This document shows, in pieces, positions 49,437 to 49,491 of a stretch of 49,491 nt of DNA. The notes beneath the pieces were generated by a model, which saw nothing but the letters and a program-made list of their open reading frames with translations, did no database searches and was not told the origin of the DNA. Origin of the DNA: Sphingobacteriia bacterium (GTDB lineage: Bacteria > Bacteroidota > Bacteroidia > Bacteroidales > TTA-H9). Location: the NCBI GenBank assembly GCA_021286705.1, contig JAJTBW010000003.1:1-49491 (forward strand), written 5' to 3'. A program made the position numbers and the translations under genes. Numbering within the stretch: the first letter of the stretch is position 1; each line of letters opens with the position of its first letter.

Positions 49437-49491
49437 GACCCGGTGGTTGAGCGTTGCCTTCGACTTCGCTCAGGCAGCGACCCGGTGGTTG
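49437..49491. repeat. REP-like palindromic repeat array truncated by window end
   Basis: GACCCGGTGGTTG at 49437 and 49479 (42-bp period) flanking hairpin cgttgcct-TCGACTTCGCTC-aggcagcg. Confidence 0.7.

Overview
Chromosomal segment, probably a whole contig since both ends run into repeats, from a Bacteroidota (Bacteroidales-like) bacterium. The assignment rests on TAnnTTTG -7 promoter boxes, SusC/SusD, T9SS cargo proteins and a short RpoD lacking region 1.1. Most of it is housekeeping: yidC, pyrG, nagB, gap, rpoD, htrA, dapF, mltG, ABC-F, parAB, nusB and a tRNA-Met. The standout is a PUL-like locus at ~11.7-22.0 kb with no CAZyme. It has a divergent isoaspartyl dipeptidase (iadA), two exported cyanophycinase-family (peptidase S51) enzymes, SusC, SusD and a PKD/beta-propeller surface lipoprotein. 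One of the S51 enzymes has an active domain, a dead duplicate domain and a T9SS-like C-terminal tail. I read this as a candidate 'cyanophycin utilisation locus'. Other notable items: (1) an adjacent pair of reciprocally defective histidine kinases, possibly a split kinase; (2) a GH92 gene reduced to fused N- and C-termini by an in-frame deletion; (3) an archaeal-type cysteate synthase; (4) terminators that overlap the next gene's promoter; (5) several short tandem or REP-like repeats. No integrase, transposase, CRISPR or rRNA was seen. All family calls come from motif recognition by eye; no database search was run.
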